A model generated the notes under the pieces. It was given only the letters and a program-made list of their open reading frames with translations, was not told the origin of the DNA and made no database searches. A stretch of 64,000 bases of DNA from the IMG/VR virus record IMGVR_UViG_3300010354_009789; one strand, written 5' to 3'. This document shows, one piece after another, positions 19,709 to 26,468 of the stretch; position 1 is the stretch's first letter; each line of letters opens with the position of its first letter. Made by a program: the position numbers and the translations under genes. Source of the DNA: an uncultured virus (IMG/VR IMGVR_UViG_3300010354_009789). Its lineage: Duplodnaviria > Heunggongvirae > Uroviricota > Caudoviricetes.

Positions 19709-19870
19709 TCACTTATGATTATATTTATCAAGCGGTGCCCAGTGTTGCCAGTTGTATTTGTGAATTGCCCAAATTCCTAGAATAGGAACAAAGACTAATA
19801 GAGTGCCCATAATCCCCAAAGAAACTGGGTTTTGCATCACACCCCGAACGAACAATTGAACCAGATGCAT
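19709..19870 (-). CDS. 53-aa membrane protein
   Basis: Manual translation MHLVQLFVRGVMQNPVSLGIMGTLLVFVPILGIWAIHKYNWQHWAPLDKYNHK; AGGAGG RBS. Confidence 0.7.
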   Translation of the reverse strand: MHLVQLFVRGVMQNPVSLGIMGTLLVFVPILGIWAIHKYNWQHWAPLDKYNHK

Positions 19871-19962
19871 GAGTAGTGACCTCCTTTCCGATACTTACAT
19901 CATATCCACCCGCATGAAGGTGGGGGGTTTTAATGGACAGTTCCCCCACCGGCACAGGGAGT

Positions 19963-19989
19963 TTAGCGAACGTGATGTCCACCAAACAT
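19963..19989 (-). pseudogene. Duplicated 3' remnant of gnd (MFGGHHVR*)
   Basis: ATGTTTGGTGGACATCACGTTCGCTAA encodes the same octapeptide and stop as the gnd C-terminus at 20456..20482. Confidence 0.7.
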
Positions 19990-20055
19990 AGTTTTGTAAA
20001 TGAAAAAAAAAACTCCGCATTTCTGCAGAGTTTAGCAATTATTTTTTTATAAATC

Positions 20056-20409
20056 TCATTCAACAACAGGTGCTTCTTCAACAACTGGTGCTTCAAGAGC
20101 GCGTAGAATTTCTTCAAGCGCAGCATCATCTGCAGCATCAGCATCTAGAAGTGCCCGAAGTCTTGCTGCTTCAGCAACGGCTGCATCAGCAGCGGATCTT
20201 GCCTCAGCAGCTTCCGCATGAGCAGCAGCAACAGCAGCATCATCCGCAGCATCAGCTGCAAGGGCGGATGCAAGTCTTTCTCTTAGTTCAGCATTTTCAA
20301 CTAAAAGACCATCATTAGCACCTCTAAGAGCAAGAAGGACATTTTGAACACGAACAGCGAAATTTGCCATAATTTTTTTAAGCAATGGTAATATAGAGTT
20401 AAACATCAT
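20056..20409 (-). CDS. Ala-rich coiled-coil hypothetical protein
   Basis: Low-complexity A/D/E helix; ATAAATA element upstream. Confidence 0.65.
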   Translation of the reverse strand: MMFNSILPLLKKIMANFAVRVQNVLLALRGANDGLLVENAELRERLASALAADAADDAAVAAAHAEAAEARSAADAAVAEAARLRALLDADAADDAALEEILRALEAPVVEEAPVVE

Positions 20410-20455
20410 GATATGTTAAATATCATTTCCATCTATTTATCGAAATCAATTTTAT

Positions 20456-21508
20456 TCATCTAACATGATGTCCTCCGAACATGTATCGCATTCCATTCAG
20501 AACACGATTTGCGAAATTCCCTAACCTGCGACTCTCAAACCGCGCAAATAACGCACTAGAAAGGACAGGAGCGGGAACCCCAAGGTCCACAGCGGCAGAA
20601 ACAGTCCAACGACCCTCACCGCTGTCGGAAACCCCTCCATCGAATGATTCAAGTCCACCATCCCGGCGAAGAACAGCAGCGGTAAGGTCAAGTAACCAGC
20701 TGCCAACAACACTACCGCGACGCCAAAGCTCAGCCACTTCAGCAACATCAATATCATATTGATAACTCTCCGGATCCGCCATAGGAGCAACTTCTGCATC
20801 ACCTTCTCTGACATACTGCGACCCAAGATTTGCGTTATGCAGAATATTAAATCCTTCAGCGTATGCTTGCATGATTCCATATTCAATTCCGTTATGAACC
20901 ATTTTCACGAAATGTCCTGCCCCAGGTTCGCCACAATGCAACCACCCAAGTTCTGCTGAAGTTATATCTGAGCCATAATCGGTGCGCGGTGCGGTACTGA
21001 TGTCTGGGGCGAGCGCGTTGAAGATGGGGCTACAATAGGAGACTGCAGAATTTCTGCCTCCAACCATAAGACAGTATCCACGCTCCATACCGTACACACC
21101 ACCAGAAGTACCACAGTCAATATATTCGATGCCATACTGATCATGAAGCCTTTCTGCTCTACGGCGGCTCTCCTTAAAATTGCTATTGCCATGATCAATA
21201 ATAATATCTCCACGGCGACAAAATGGTAGTAATTCATTCAGCGTGTCCTCCACAGTTTCTGCCGGAACCACCAGCATATAAACAGATCTTTCCTCACCAG
21301 AAAGAACCTTTGTTAGTTGCTCAATACTTGTAACGACACCACTCACATATCCATTTTCATATGCTTCACATGCCGCCTCATAATTCCTGCGATATCCCCA
21401 CACAGAAATATTTTCACCAGATTCTTGCATCAGTCGCTTTGAGCGGGCAATGATCCTACGGGACATTCCTTCACCCATACGACCAAGACCAATCATTCCA
21501 ACTTTCAT
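20456..21508 (-). CDS. gnd: 6-phosphogluconate dehydrogenase (decarboxylating)
   Basis: GMIGLGRMG, IIDHGNS, DCGTSGG, GHFVKMVHNGIEYG, DSGEGRW. Confidence 0.97.
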   Translation of the reverse strand: MKVGMIGLGRMGEGMSRRIIARSKRLMQESGENISVWGYRRNYEAACEAYENGYVSGVVTSIEQLTKVLSGEERSVYMLVVPAETVEDTLNELLPFCRRGDIIIDHGNSNFKESRRRAERLHDQYGIEYIDCGTSGGVYGMERGYCLMVGGRNSAVSYCSPIFNALAPDISTAPRTDYGSDITSAELGWLHCGEPGAGHFVKMVHNGIEYGIMQAYAEGFNILHNANLGSQYVREGDAEVAPMADPESYQYDIDVAEVAELWRRGSVVGSWLLDLTAAVLRRDGGLESFDGGVSDSGEGRWTVSAAVDLGVPAPVLSSALFARFESRRLGNFANRVLNGMRYMFGGHHVR

Positions 21509-21509
21509 A

Positions 21510-21788
21510 CTAATACCCCTCATCATCAAGTTCATCTTCATAAGTGGAAGGTTCTTCAAACAACTCTTCCATCTTTTGCTTTAGAATTCTATCTTGCAAT
21601 TCCTTTAGGTCATCATCTTCTAGCTTCATCACAATCAATTCTTCTCCTGCTTTAACTCCACGCATCTCCGGGTGTATTTTATACTCTGGACACTTGATGT
21701 ATCCGTGAGTTTCTTTCATGACAATAATTCCATGAATGACCATACTGAGGATCACAAGGAATAATACCAGAAAGATGATGGGAATCAC
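21510..21788 (-). CDS. Membrane-anchored hypothetical protein (DUF2973-like)
   Basis: N-terminal TM helix, IHPEM...GEELIV. Confidence 0.65.
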   Translation of the reverse strand: MIPIIFLVLFLVILSMVIHGIIVMKETHGYIKCPEYKIHPEMRGVKAGEELIVMKLEDDDLKELQDRILKQKMEELFEEPSTYEDELDDEGY

Positions 21789-21973
21789 ATTCCGTGCCTC
21801 ATGGCGTTTACAACGGTAATCAATCCGTGAGTATAAAACGCAAGGACGGTTGTTCCAAGCACAGAACTAATAAAAGTTGCTGTTCGATTGTGTTTCGTCA
21901 TCGCTTTATCGATGGCCCTATCAATCATTTCTTGAATTTCACTTTTCTCACCATCATTCATGATCATTACCAA
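21785..21973 (-). CDS. Hypothetical protein
   Basis: EIQEMIDRAI..KHNRTA followed by a TM segment. Confidence 0.65.
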   Translation of the reverse strand: MVMIMNDGEKSEIQEMIDRAIDKAMTKHNRTATFISSVLGTTVLAFYTHGLITVVNAMRHGM

Positions 21974-22126
21974 TTACAGAAACTTTTTATCAAGAATATT
22001 TTCTAATGGGTCCTTCCCGGACTTTAGAATTGCACACGCTCTTGTGTAGAACATGTTATTGGTATTTCCAGAAGCTTCCATAGCCTCCTTAACCTTTTTC
22101 CAATTTTCTAGAGTATGTGAATCCAT
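21974..22126 (-). CDS. 50-aa hypothetical protein
   Basis: Manual translation MDSHTLENWKKVKEAMEASGNTNNMFYTRACAILKSGKDPL... Confidence 0.65.
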   Translation of the reverse strand: MDSHTLENWKKVKEAMEASGNTNNMFYTRACAILKSGKDPLENILDKKFL

Positions 22127-22146
22127 TTAATTATCCTAAAGGACAA

Positions 22147-22229
22147 CGGAGAGAACAGGAATCGAACCTGCGAAGCTTTAACACCCAGCCGCTTTCAAGG
22201 CGGTGTCCTCGACCAACCGGACCCTCTCC
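22147..22229 (-). tRNA. tRNA-Ser(TGA)
   Basis: CCGC CT TGA AA GCGG, long variable arm, G73. Confidence 0.93.
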
Positions 22230-22239
22230 AATTATAACG

Positions 22240-22488
22240 TCAACGAACTTCGAAGTCAAGTCTCTTAACTTTTCGTTGTCTTCTTGATTCTTGATATGCA
22301 AGATCTTCATTTGATAAAACACCACTCTTCTTTGTGGTATGTGGTGAGTTTATCATAACCACTTTGCTCAAGTCAACTGCTGAGATTTTATCCTGAGCAA
22401 TTGTTGTCATATTATCACAACCACATGAAATAGGTCTTGATAGATAATTTTCTATTTCCCTATTGCACGCCTTACATCTAACTCTCAT
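22240..22488 (-). CDS. Zn-ribbon hypothetical protein
   Basis: CKAC...CGC; TATAAATA upstream at ~22511. Confidence 0.75.
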   Translation of the reverse strand: MRVRCKACNREIENYLSRPISCGCDNMTTIAQDKISAVDLSKVVMINSPHTTKKSGVLSNEDLAYQESRRQRKVKRLDFEVR

Positions 22489-22562
22489 GGTCCCATTATG
22501 TTTAACTACTTATTTATACATCAAAACCGCATTAATGCGGTGACAGGAAATATTCAATTGTA

Positions 22563-22634
22563 TGGGCGATACTGGATTCGAACCAGTGACCTATTCCTTG
22601 TAAGGGAACCGCGCTACCGCTACGCTAATCGCCC
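22563..22634 (-). tRNA. tRNA-Val(TAC)
   Basis: GTTCC CT TAC AA GGAAT. Confidence 0.95.
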
Positions 22635-22645
22635 ATTTTGTATAT

Positions 22646-22849
22646 TTAAAGATCTACTGGGCGATGTCCCAACAGAAGATCATAAAGTCTAGAGACTTTT
22701 TTATGCTTCTCTTCATAATACTTAGAAAGAGACTGAACCTCTGCAAGAAGTTCTTCATAAACACGACGCGAATCATAATTCTCATCGTCAACATAATCAA
22801 GAAGAAGATCACTCAACCTCTCTTTACGCAGTTCTTCAAATTTATTCAT
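22646..22849 (-). CDS. Hypothetical protein
   Basis: ORF in operon with 22855..23130. Confidence 0.7.
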   Translation of the reverse strand: MNKFEELRKERLSDLLLDYVDDENYDSRRVYEELLAEVQSLSKYYEEKHKKVSRLYDLLLGHRPVDL

Positions 22850-22854
22850 AGTAA

Positions 22855-23130
22855 TTATGAAAGATTAATTGCAAGATCCAAAGCACGTTTTGCTGATTGA
22901 GCGATTGGATATCCAAGATGAAAACCATCTTTGTCGTATTGATACTCCTCAGATCTATATAATTGAAACCCAAGAAGATCATCTGTTGGAGAACCAACTT
23001 CCCAAGTAGATACTGGTCTCACAAAGTAAATACCAGCATTAGCAACTACTCTCCACCCAATCTCAACAAAACCTAATCCACGAAGAGCACATTCCAATTT
23101 TAATGAATACCCTGCATCGTGCAAATTCAT
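22855..23130 (-). CDS. Hypothetical protein
   Basis: ORF with ATAAATA element upstream. Confidence 0.7.
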   Translation of the reverse strand: MNLHDAGYSLKLECALRGLGFVEIGWRVVANAGIYFVRPVSTWEVGSPTDDLLGFQLYRSEEYQYDKDGFHLGYPIAQSAKRALDLAINLS

Positions 23131-23179
23131 ATGTTCGGTTTACCGTAACTTATGAATTTATTTATCCCCAGGAAGGGGA

Positions 23180-23251
23180 AGCGGCTGATCGGATTCGAAC
23201 CGACGACGTTCTGCTTGGAAGGCAGACATTCTACCACTGAATTACAACCGC
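23180..23251 (-). tRNA. tRNA-Gly(TCC)
   Basis: TCTGC CT TCC AA GCAGA, U73. Confidence 0.95.
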
Positions 23252-23255
23252 GAAT

Positions 23256-23332
23256 TGGGGGCGGGAGTTGGATTTGAACCAACGCTCTGCGGCTTATGAG
23301 ACCGCCGTGATACCTGACTTCACTATCCCGCT
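23256..23332 (-). tRNA. tRNA-Met(CAT), initiator-like 1:72 mismatch
   Basis: AGCGGGA/TCCCGCC acceptor, GCGGT CT CAT AA GCCGC, CCA end. Confidence 0.85.
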
Positions 23333-23337
23333 ATATT

Positions 23338-23530
23338 TGGGTGGGTGGTGAGATTCTATCATACTCACAATCAGGAGGTCGCACTGATAGTAACGTTTCC
23401 TGACACTTTCGGATCCCTAGGTCTTATTGGGTTCTGCAACTCTCAGTCTCCTGGTCTTGCAGCGGGCACCACCCCTATCCTAATATACATTATCCCGTGC
23501 ATGACCGCATAGGATTTTTCTGTCACACCC
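23338..23530 (-). ncRNA. Putative ~190-nt structured RNA with tRNA-like ends
   Basis: GGGTG/CACCC closing stem, GTGAG/CTCAC T-arm-like hairpin, several internal helices; no ORF in track. Confidence 0.55.
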
Positions 23531-23553
23531 TTTGGAAATCCGTCGATCTCCAA

Positions 23554-23624
23554 TGGAGAATAGGAGAATCGAACTCCTAATAAGTGCTTGCAAAGCACCC
23601 GTTATACCGTTTAACTAATCCCCC
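23554..23624 (-). tRNA. tRNA-Ala(TGC)
   Basis: GGTGC TT TGC AA GCACT; G3:U70. Confidence 0.93.
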
Positions 23625-23632
23625 ATGTTTTT

Positions 23633-23661
23633 ATTTTAAACGACAATCATGAGATTGTCAA
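23633..23661 (-). promoter_or_regulatory. Sigma70-type promoter
   Basis: TTGACA-17-TAAAAT. Confidence 0.7.
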
Positions 23662-23734
23662 GCCCCCCATCGGACTTGAACCGATGACCTACGGTTTACA
23701 AAACCGTTGCTCTATCCAGCTGAGCTAGAGAGGC
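23661..23734 (-). tRNA. tRNA-Thr(TGT)
   Basis: ACGGT TT TGT AA ACCGT. Confidence 0.95.
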
Positions 23735-23791
23735 AAGTGAGTCGGATATGATAATCCCGACTCTATTTACCAGAGACACTCTCCCTGGCAA

Positions 23792-23863
23792 CTGCTCAGG
23801 CTGGATTCGAACCAGCGACAAATCGGTTAACAGCCGACGACTCTACCGCTGAGCTACTGAGCA
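23792..23863 (-). tRNA. tRNA-Asn(GTT)
   Basis: GTCGG CT GTT AA CCGAT, G73. Confidence 0.95.
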
Positions 23864-23871
23864 TTAATTTG

Positions 23872-23940
23872 TCGTGGATTGGGAATCGAACCCAAACTCC
23901 GTGTGTTGTCCACCCGTCATGACCACTAGACTATCCACGT
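23872..23940 (-). ncRNA. tRNA-like RNA with degenerate anticodon arm
   Basis: CGTGGA/TCCACG acceptor, D-arm GTC-TAGTGGTCAT-GAC, T-arm TTGGG-TTCGATT-CCCAA; no canonical anticodon stem-loop. Confidence 0.65.
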
Positions 23941-24004
23941 TTGATGGGTTAAGTGTGATATGCCTCATAAGGACATAACAGGGACTTAACCTCTGTCTTC
24001 TTAT

Positions 24005-24060
24005 ATAGTAAGAGACTTTTGATGGGTTGTCAACTCCCATGTGACAGTTCATGAACTGTC
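24005..24060 (-). promoter_or_regulatory. Sigma70-type promoter with upstream perfect palindrome
   Basis: TTGACA-17-TACTAT; GACAGTTCATGAACTGTC at 24043..24060. Confidence 0.75.
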
Positions 24061-24531
24061 CTATCCCATTACATATTCTTTCCACTCTGAAACACCACTC
24101 TTTTGAACATCCAAATGAACCTTATTGAAAGGAGCAGATGGAGTTTTTCTCAGAATCATGTTACTTTCAGAAAGAAGTTTATTCCCCTTTTTGAGATTGC
24201 ATTTGGAGCAACAGGTCACTAGGTTGTCCCATGTATCCTGTCCACCCTTTGAACGGGGAATTATATGGTCCAAAGTGAGATCCTTTTCGGATCCACAATA
24301 CTGGCACTCATGATCATCCCTCTTATATATAGATGCTCTAGTTGGATAAGCATTCTTTGCAAGATGATAGGGAATCCTCACATAATTGACCAAGCGTATT
24401 ACACGTTTAGTGATAAGTCTTGCTTTTTGTTTGAAAATCAAAACTATAGCTCGCTTCCAATTAGTGAAGTGTAGTGGTTCATAAGAACTATTCAGAACCA
24501 ATATCGTTGAATGTGGTTCTACTAATTCCAT
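24061..24531 (-). CDS. HNH endonuclease (McrA-like)
   Basis: LVLNSSYEPL, RDDHECQYCG, TLDHIIPRSKGG, NLVTCCSKCNLKK. Confidence 0.9.
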   Translation of the reverse strand: MELVEPHSTILVLNSSYEPLHFTNWKRAIVLIFKQKARLITKRVIRLVNYVRIPYHLAKNAYPTRASIYKRDDHECQYCGSEKDLTLDHIIPRSKGGQDTWDNLVTCCSKCNLKKGNKLLSESNMILRKTPSAPFNKVHLDVQKSGVSEWKEYVMG

Positions 24532-24567
24532 ACCTGTTACACCGTTTTCTGATATTTAGTAAACAAA

Positions 24568-24644
24568 TGGCACCCTCTGCAGGATTTGAACCTGCGACTT
24601 CTTGGTTCGTAGCCAAGCACTCTATTCCGCTGAGTTAAGAGGGC
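24568..24644 (-). tRNA. tRNA-Arg(ACG)
   Basis: CTTGG CT ACG AA CCAAG, CCA end. Confidence 0.95.
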
Positions 24645-24663
24645 AGGTATAGTATCCAAAACT

Positions 24664-24671
24664 TATAAATA
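24664..24671 (+). promoter_or_regulatory. T4-type late promoter TATAAATA
   Basis: Exact TATAAATA ~25 nt upstream of the + strand HNH ORF. Confidence 0.7.
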
Positions 24672-24696
24672 GTTTAGGAGACTTTGAATAATAAAA

Positions 24697-25053
24697 ATGC
24701 CGTCAGAAGAATGGTTATCAGATCCCAACAATCAAGAAAGAAGGAGGGAAGCAAGAAGAAAGTGGTATCATAATAATAAAGAAAAAAGTTGCGAAAAAAT
24801 AAAACAACGAAAAAAAGAGATAAAAGAATGGTTTTCTAATTACAAAGGAAACTTAAAATGTGAACTTTGTGGAGAAAATCATCCAGCAACTATTCAATTT
24901 CACCACACAAATCCGAAAGAAAAAGAATTAGAGATTTCTATTGCCATACATAACGGATGGTCAATTAATAAAGTATTAGAAGAAATCAATAAATGTCAGG
25001 TTTTGTGTGCTAATTGCCACTTTAAATTGCATTATGATTTGGCGAAGGGATAG
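24697..25053 (+). CDS. HNH homing endonuclease-like protein
   Basis: CELCGENHPATIQFHH...KCQVLCANCHFKLH; AT-rich, antisense to the tRNA array. Confidence 0.85.
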   Translation: MPSEEWLSDPNNQERRREARRKWYHNNKEKSCEKIKQRKKEIKEWFSNYKGNLKCELCGENHPATIQFHHTNPKEKELEISIAIHNGWSINKVLEEINKCQVLCANCHFKLHYDLAKG

Positions 25054-25114
25054 GGACTTGAACCCTAACTAGAACTTTTGGAGAGTTCCGTGCTACCAAT
25101 TACACTATCCCAAC
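25040..25114 (-). tRNA. tRNA-Trp(CCA) with mismatched acceptor stem
   Basis: GAACT CT CCA AA AGTTC; acceptor GTTGGGA/TCCCTTC has two U-U pairs. Confidence 0.85.
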
Positions 25115-25115
25115 A

Positions 25116-25192
25116 TGGTGCCCGATACAGGATTCGAACCTGTAAAACCTTGCTTCTAAGGCAAGTATGTATGCCAATTCCATCAATCGGGC
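25116..25192 (-). tRNA. tRNA-Leu(TAG), short variable arm
   Basis: CTTGC CT TAG AA GCAAG, A73-CCA. Confidence 0.9.
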
Positions 25193-25194
25193 AA

Positions 25195-25268
25195 TACCGA
25201 AGGTGGGACTCGAACCCACAACATACTGATTTTGAGTCAGTCACCTCTTCCAATTGGATCACTTCGGC
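25195..25268 (-). tRNA. tRNA-Leu(CAA), short variable arm
   Basis: ACTGA CT CAA AA TCAGT. Confidence 0.9.
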
Positions 25269-25269
25269 T

Positions 25270-25345
25270 TGGTATCCGTGAGAGGACTCGAACCTCCAAC
25301 AAATAGATCCTTAGTCTATTGCCTCTTCCATTGGGCTACACGGAC
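25270..25345 (-). tRNA. tRNA-Leu(AAG), short variable arm
   Basis: ATAGA CT AAG GA TCTAT, A73-CCA. Confidence 0.88.
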
Positions 25346-25346
25346 T

Positions 25347-25420
25347 TGGTTCCAGAACTAGGACTCGAACCTAGATAGACGCCTTCAAAGGGCGGTGTCC
25401 TGCCATTAGACGATTCTGGA
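25347..25420 (-). tRNA. tRNA-Gln(TTG)
   Basis: CGCC CT TTG AA GGCG; U1:A72. Confidence 0.9.
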
Positions 25421-25421
25421 T

Positions 25422-25500
25422 TGGAGTTCAGGGTGGGATTCGAACCCACGGTGATAGAAGTTTTGCAGACTTCCGCTTTCGACCACTCAGCCACCTGAAC
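25422..25500 (-). tRNA. tRNA-Cys(GCA)
   Basis: GAAGT CT GCA AA ACTTC, U73-CCA. Confidence 0.93.
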
Positions 25501-25532
25501 ATTGAACTATCCGGAATTTCCGGATAGTTGAG

Positions 25533-25604
25533 AGCCCTTAGTGAGAATCAAACTCACGACCTCATTCTTACCAAGAATGCGTTCCATCACTGAACTATAA
25601 GGGC
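25533..25604 (-). tRNA. tRNA-Thr(GGT)
   Basis: CATTC TT GGT AA GAATG; variant T-loop TTTGATT. Confidence 0.85.
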
Positions 25605-25606
25605 GG

Positions 25607-25680
25607 GGTGTAGGACGGGACTTGAACCCGCATAAACCAGATTCACAATCTGGCGCATTGACCAATTATGCTACCTACAC
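25607..25680 (-). tRNA. tRNA-His(GTG)
   Basis: CCAGA TT GTG AA TCTGG, C73. Confidence 0.93.
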
Positions 25681-25681
25681 A

Positions 25682-25755
25682 TGGCAGTAGATGGATTTGA
25701 ACCACCGACCATAGGAATATGAGACCCGTGCTCTGCCAAACTGAGCTATACTGCC
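25682..25755 (-). tRNA. tRNA-Met(CAT) with weak anticodon stem
   Basis: GGCAGTA/TACTGCC acceptor; CGGGT CT CAT AT TCCTA. Confidence 0.75.
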
Positions 25756-25759
25756 AAGG

Positions 25760-25844
25760 CGGAGAGTAGAGGATTTGAACCTCTGGAAGTTTTACCTTCA
25801 CGATCTTTCCAAGATCGCACCATAAGCCACTCGGACAACTCTCC
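25760..25844 (-). tRNA. tRNA-Ser(GGA)
   Basis: CGATC TT GGA AA GATCG, long variable arm. Confidence 0.93.
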
Positions 25845-25848
25845 AAGG

Positions 25849-25937
25849 CGGAAGTGGTTGGATTTGAACCAACGGTGCCAATTACTTGACACGGAATCTT
25901 AGCAGGATTCTGCAATAAGCCGCTCTGCCACACTTCC
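25849..25937 (-). tRNA. tRNA-Ser(GCT)
   Basis: GAATC CT GCT AA GATTC, long variable arm. Confidence 0.93.
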
Positions 25938-25940
25938 ATA

Positions 25941-26012
25941 TGGAACCGACAAGATTTGAACTTGTGACCGCTCGGTTATCAGCCGAGTGCTCTACCACTG
26001 AGCTACGGTTCC
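25941..26012 (-). tRNA. tRNA-Ile(GAT)
   Basis: CTCGG CT GAT AA CCGAG. Confidence 0.95.
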
Positions 26013-26082
26013 ACAGGCAAGTTTATGGAAACTTGCAACCTCCAACCCGTTTTTATAGAGGTGTGTTGCTTCCACCCTCTAA

Positions 26083-26156
26083 TGGGAACAGTCGGATTTG
26101 AACCGACAACACCAAGATCTTCAATCTCGTGCTCTACCAATTGGAGCTATGTCCCC
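26083..26156 (-). tRNA. tRNA-Phe(GAA)
   Basis: CGAGA TT GAA GA TCTTG. Confidence 0.93.
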
Positions 26157-26169
26157 ATATCGTAGGTAT

Positions 26170-26252
26170 ATCATTTGAGGGGATTCGAACCCCCACTGCC
26201 GCCCCCAAAACGCAAGTGCTATGGCGGAGTGCTACCGTTACACTACAAATGA
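26170..26252 (-). ncRNA. tRNA-like RNA with 19-nt anticodon loop
   Basis: TCATTTG/CAAATGA, GTGT/GCAC D-stem, CCGCC/GGCGG stem closing ATAGCACTTGCGTTTTGGG, T-loop TTCGAAT. Confidence 0.75.
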
Positions 26253-26339
26253 TGTCCTTACGTTGCTTACTCCTTAATCATACTCGTTGGATTTACTTGT
26301 TGGACCTAATCGTTGGAATACTAACTGCGTTCAACTTAT

Positions 26340-26413
26340 TACCCTGTCTCGACTTGAACGAGACTGTTTTCTATAGCCTTTGCGTTTGTTAGTAATAAGC
26401 ATACTGACAGGTT
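26340..26413 (-). ncRNA. tRNA-like RNA lacking an anticodon arm
   Basis: T-arm TCTCG-TTCAAGT-CGAGA, CCTG/CAGG acceptor-like pairing, AGTA/TACT D-like stem. Confidence 0.45.
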
Positions 26414-26468
26414 TCTTTTACCTTTCAGTTTTCCGTTCAACCCAACTTTCTGAAGAAGTTTGGGCAAG

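Noticed and set aside
19728..20144. 138-aa minus-strand ORF
   Set aside because: Overlaps the Ala-rich gene, a promoter and the better supported 53-aa ORF with an AGGAGG RBS
23338..23530. tmRNA or RNase P RNA identity for the tRNA-ended ncRNA
   Set aside because: No GGGGxxG...GGxTTCGA 5' consensus, no G3:U70 pair or TTCRA T-loop, and no GAGGAAAGTCC RNase P signature
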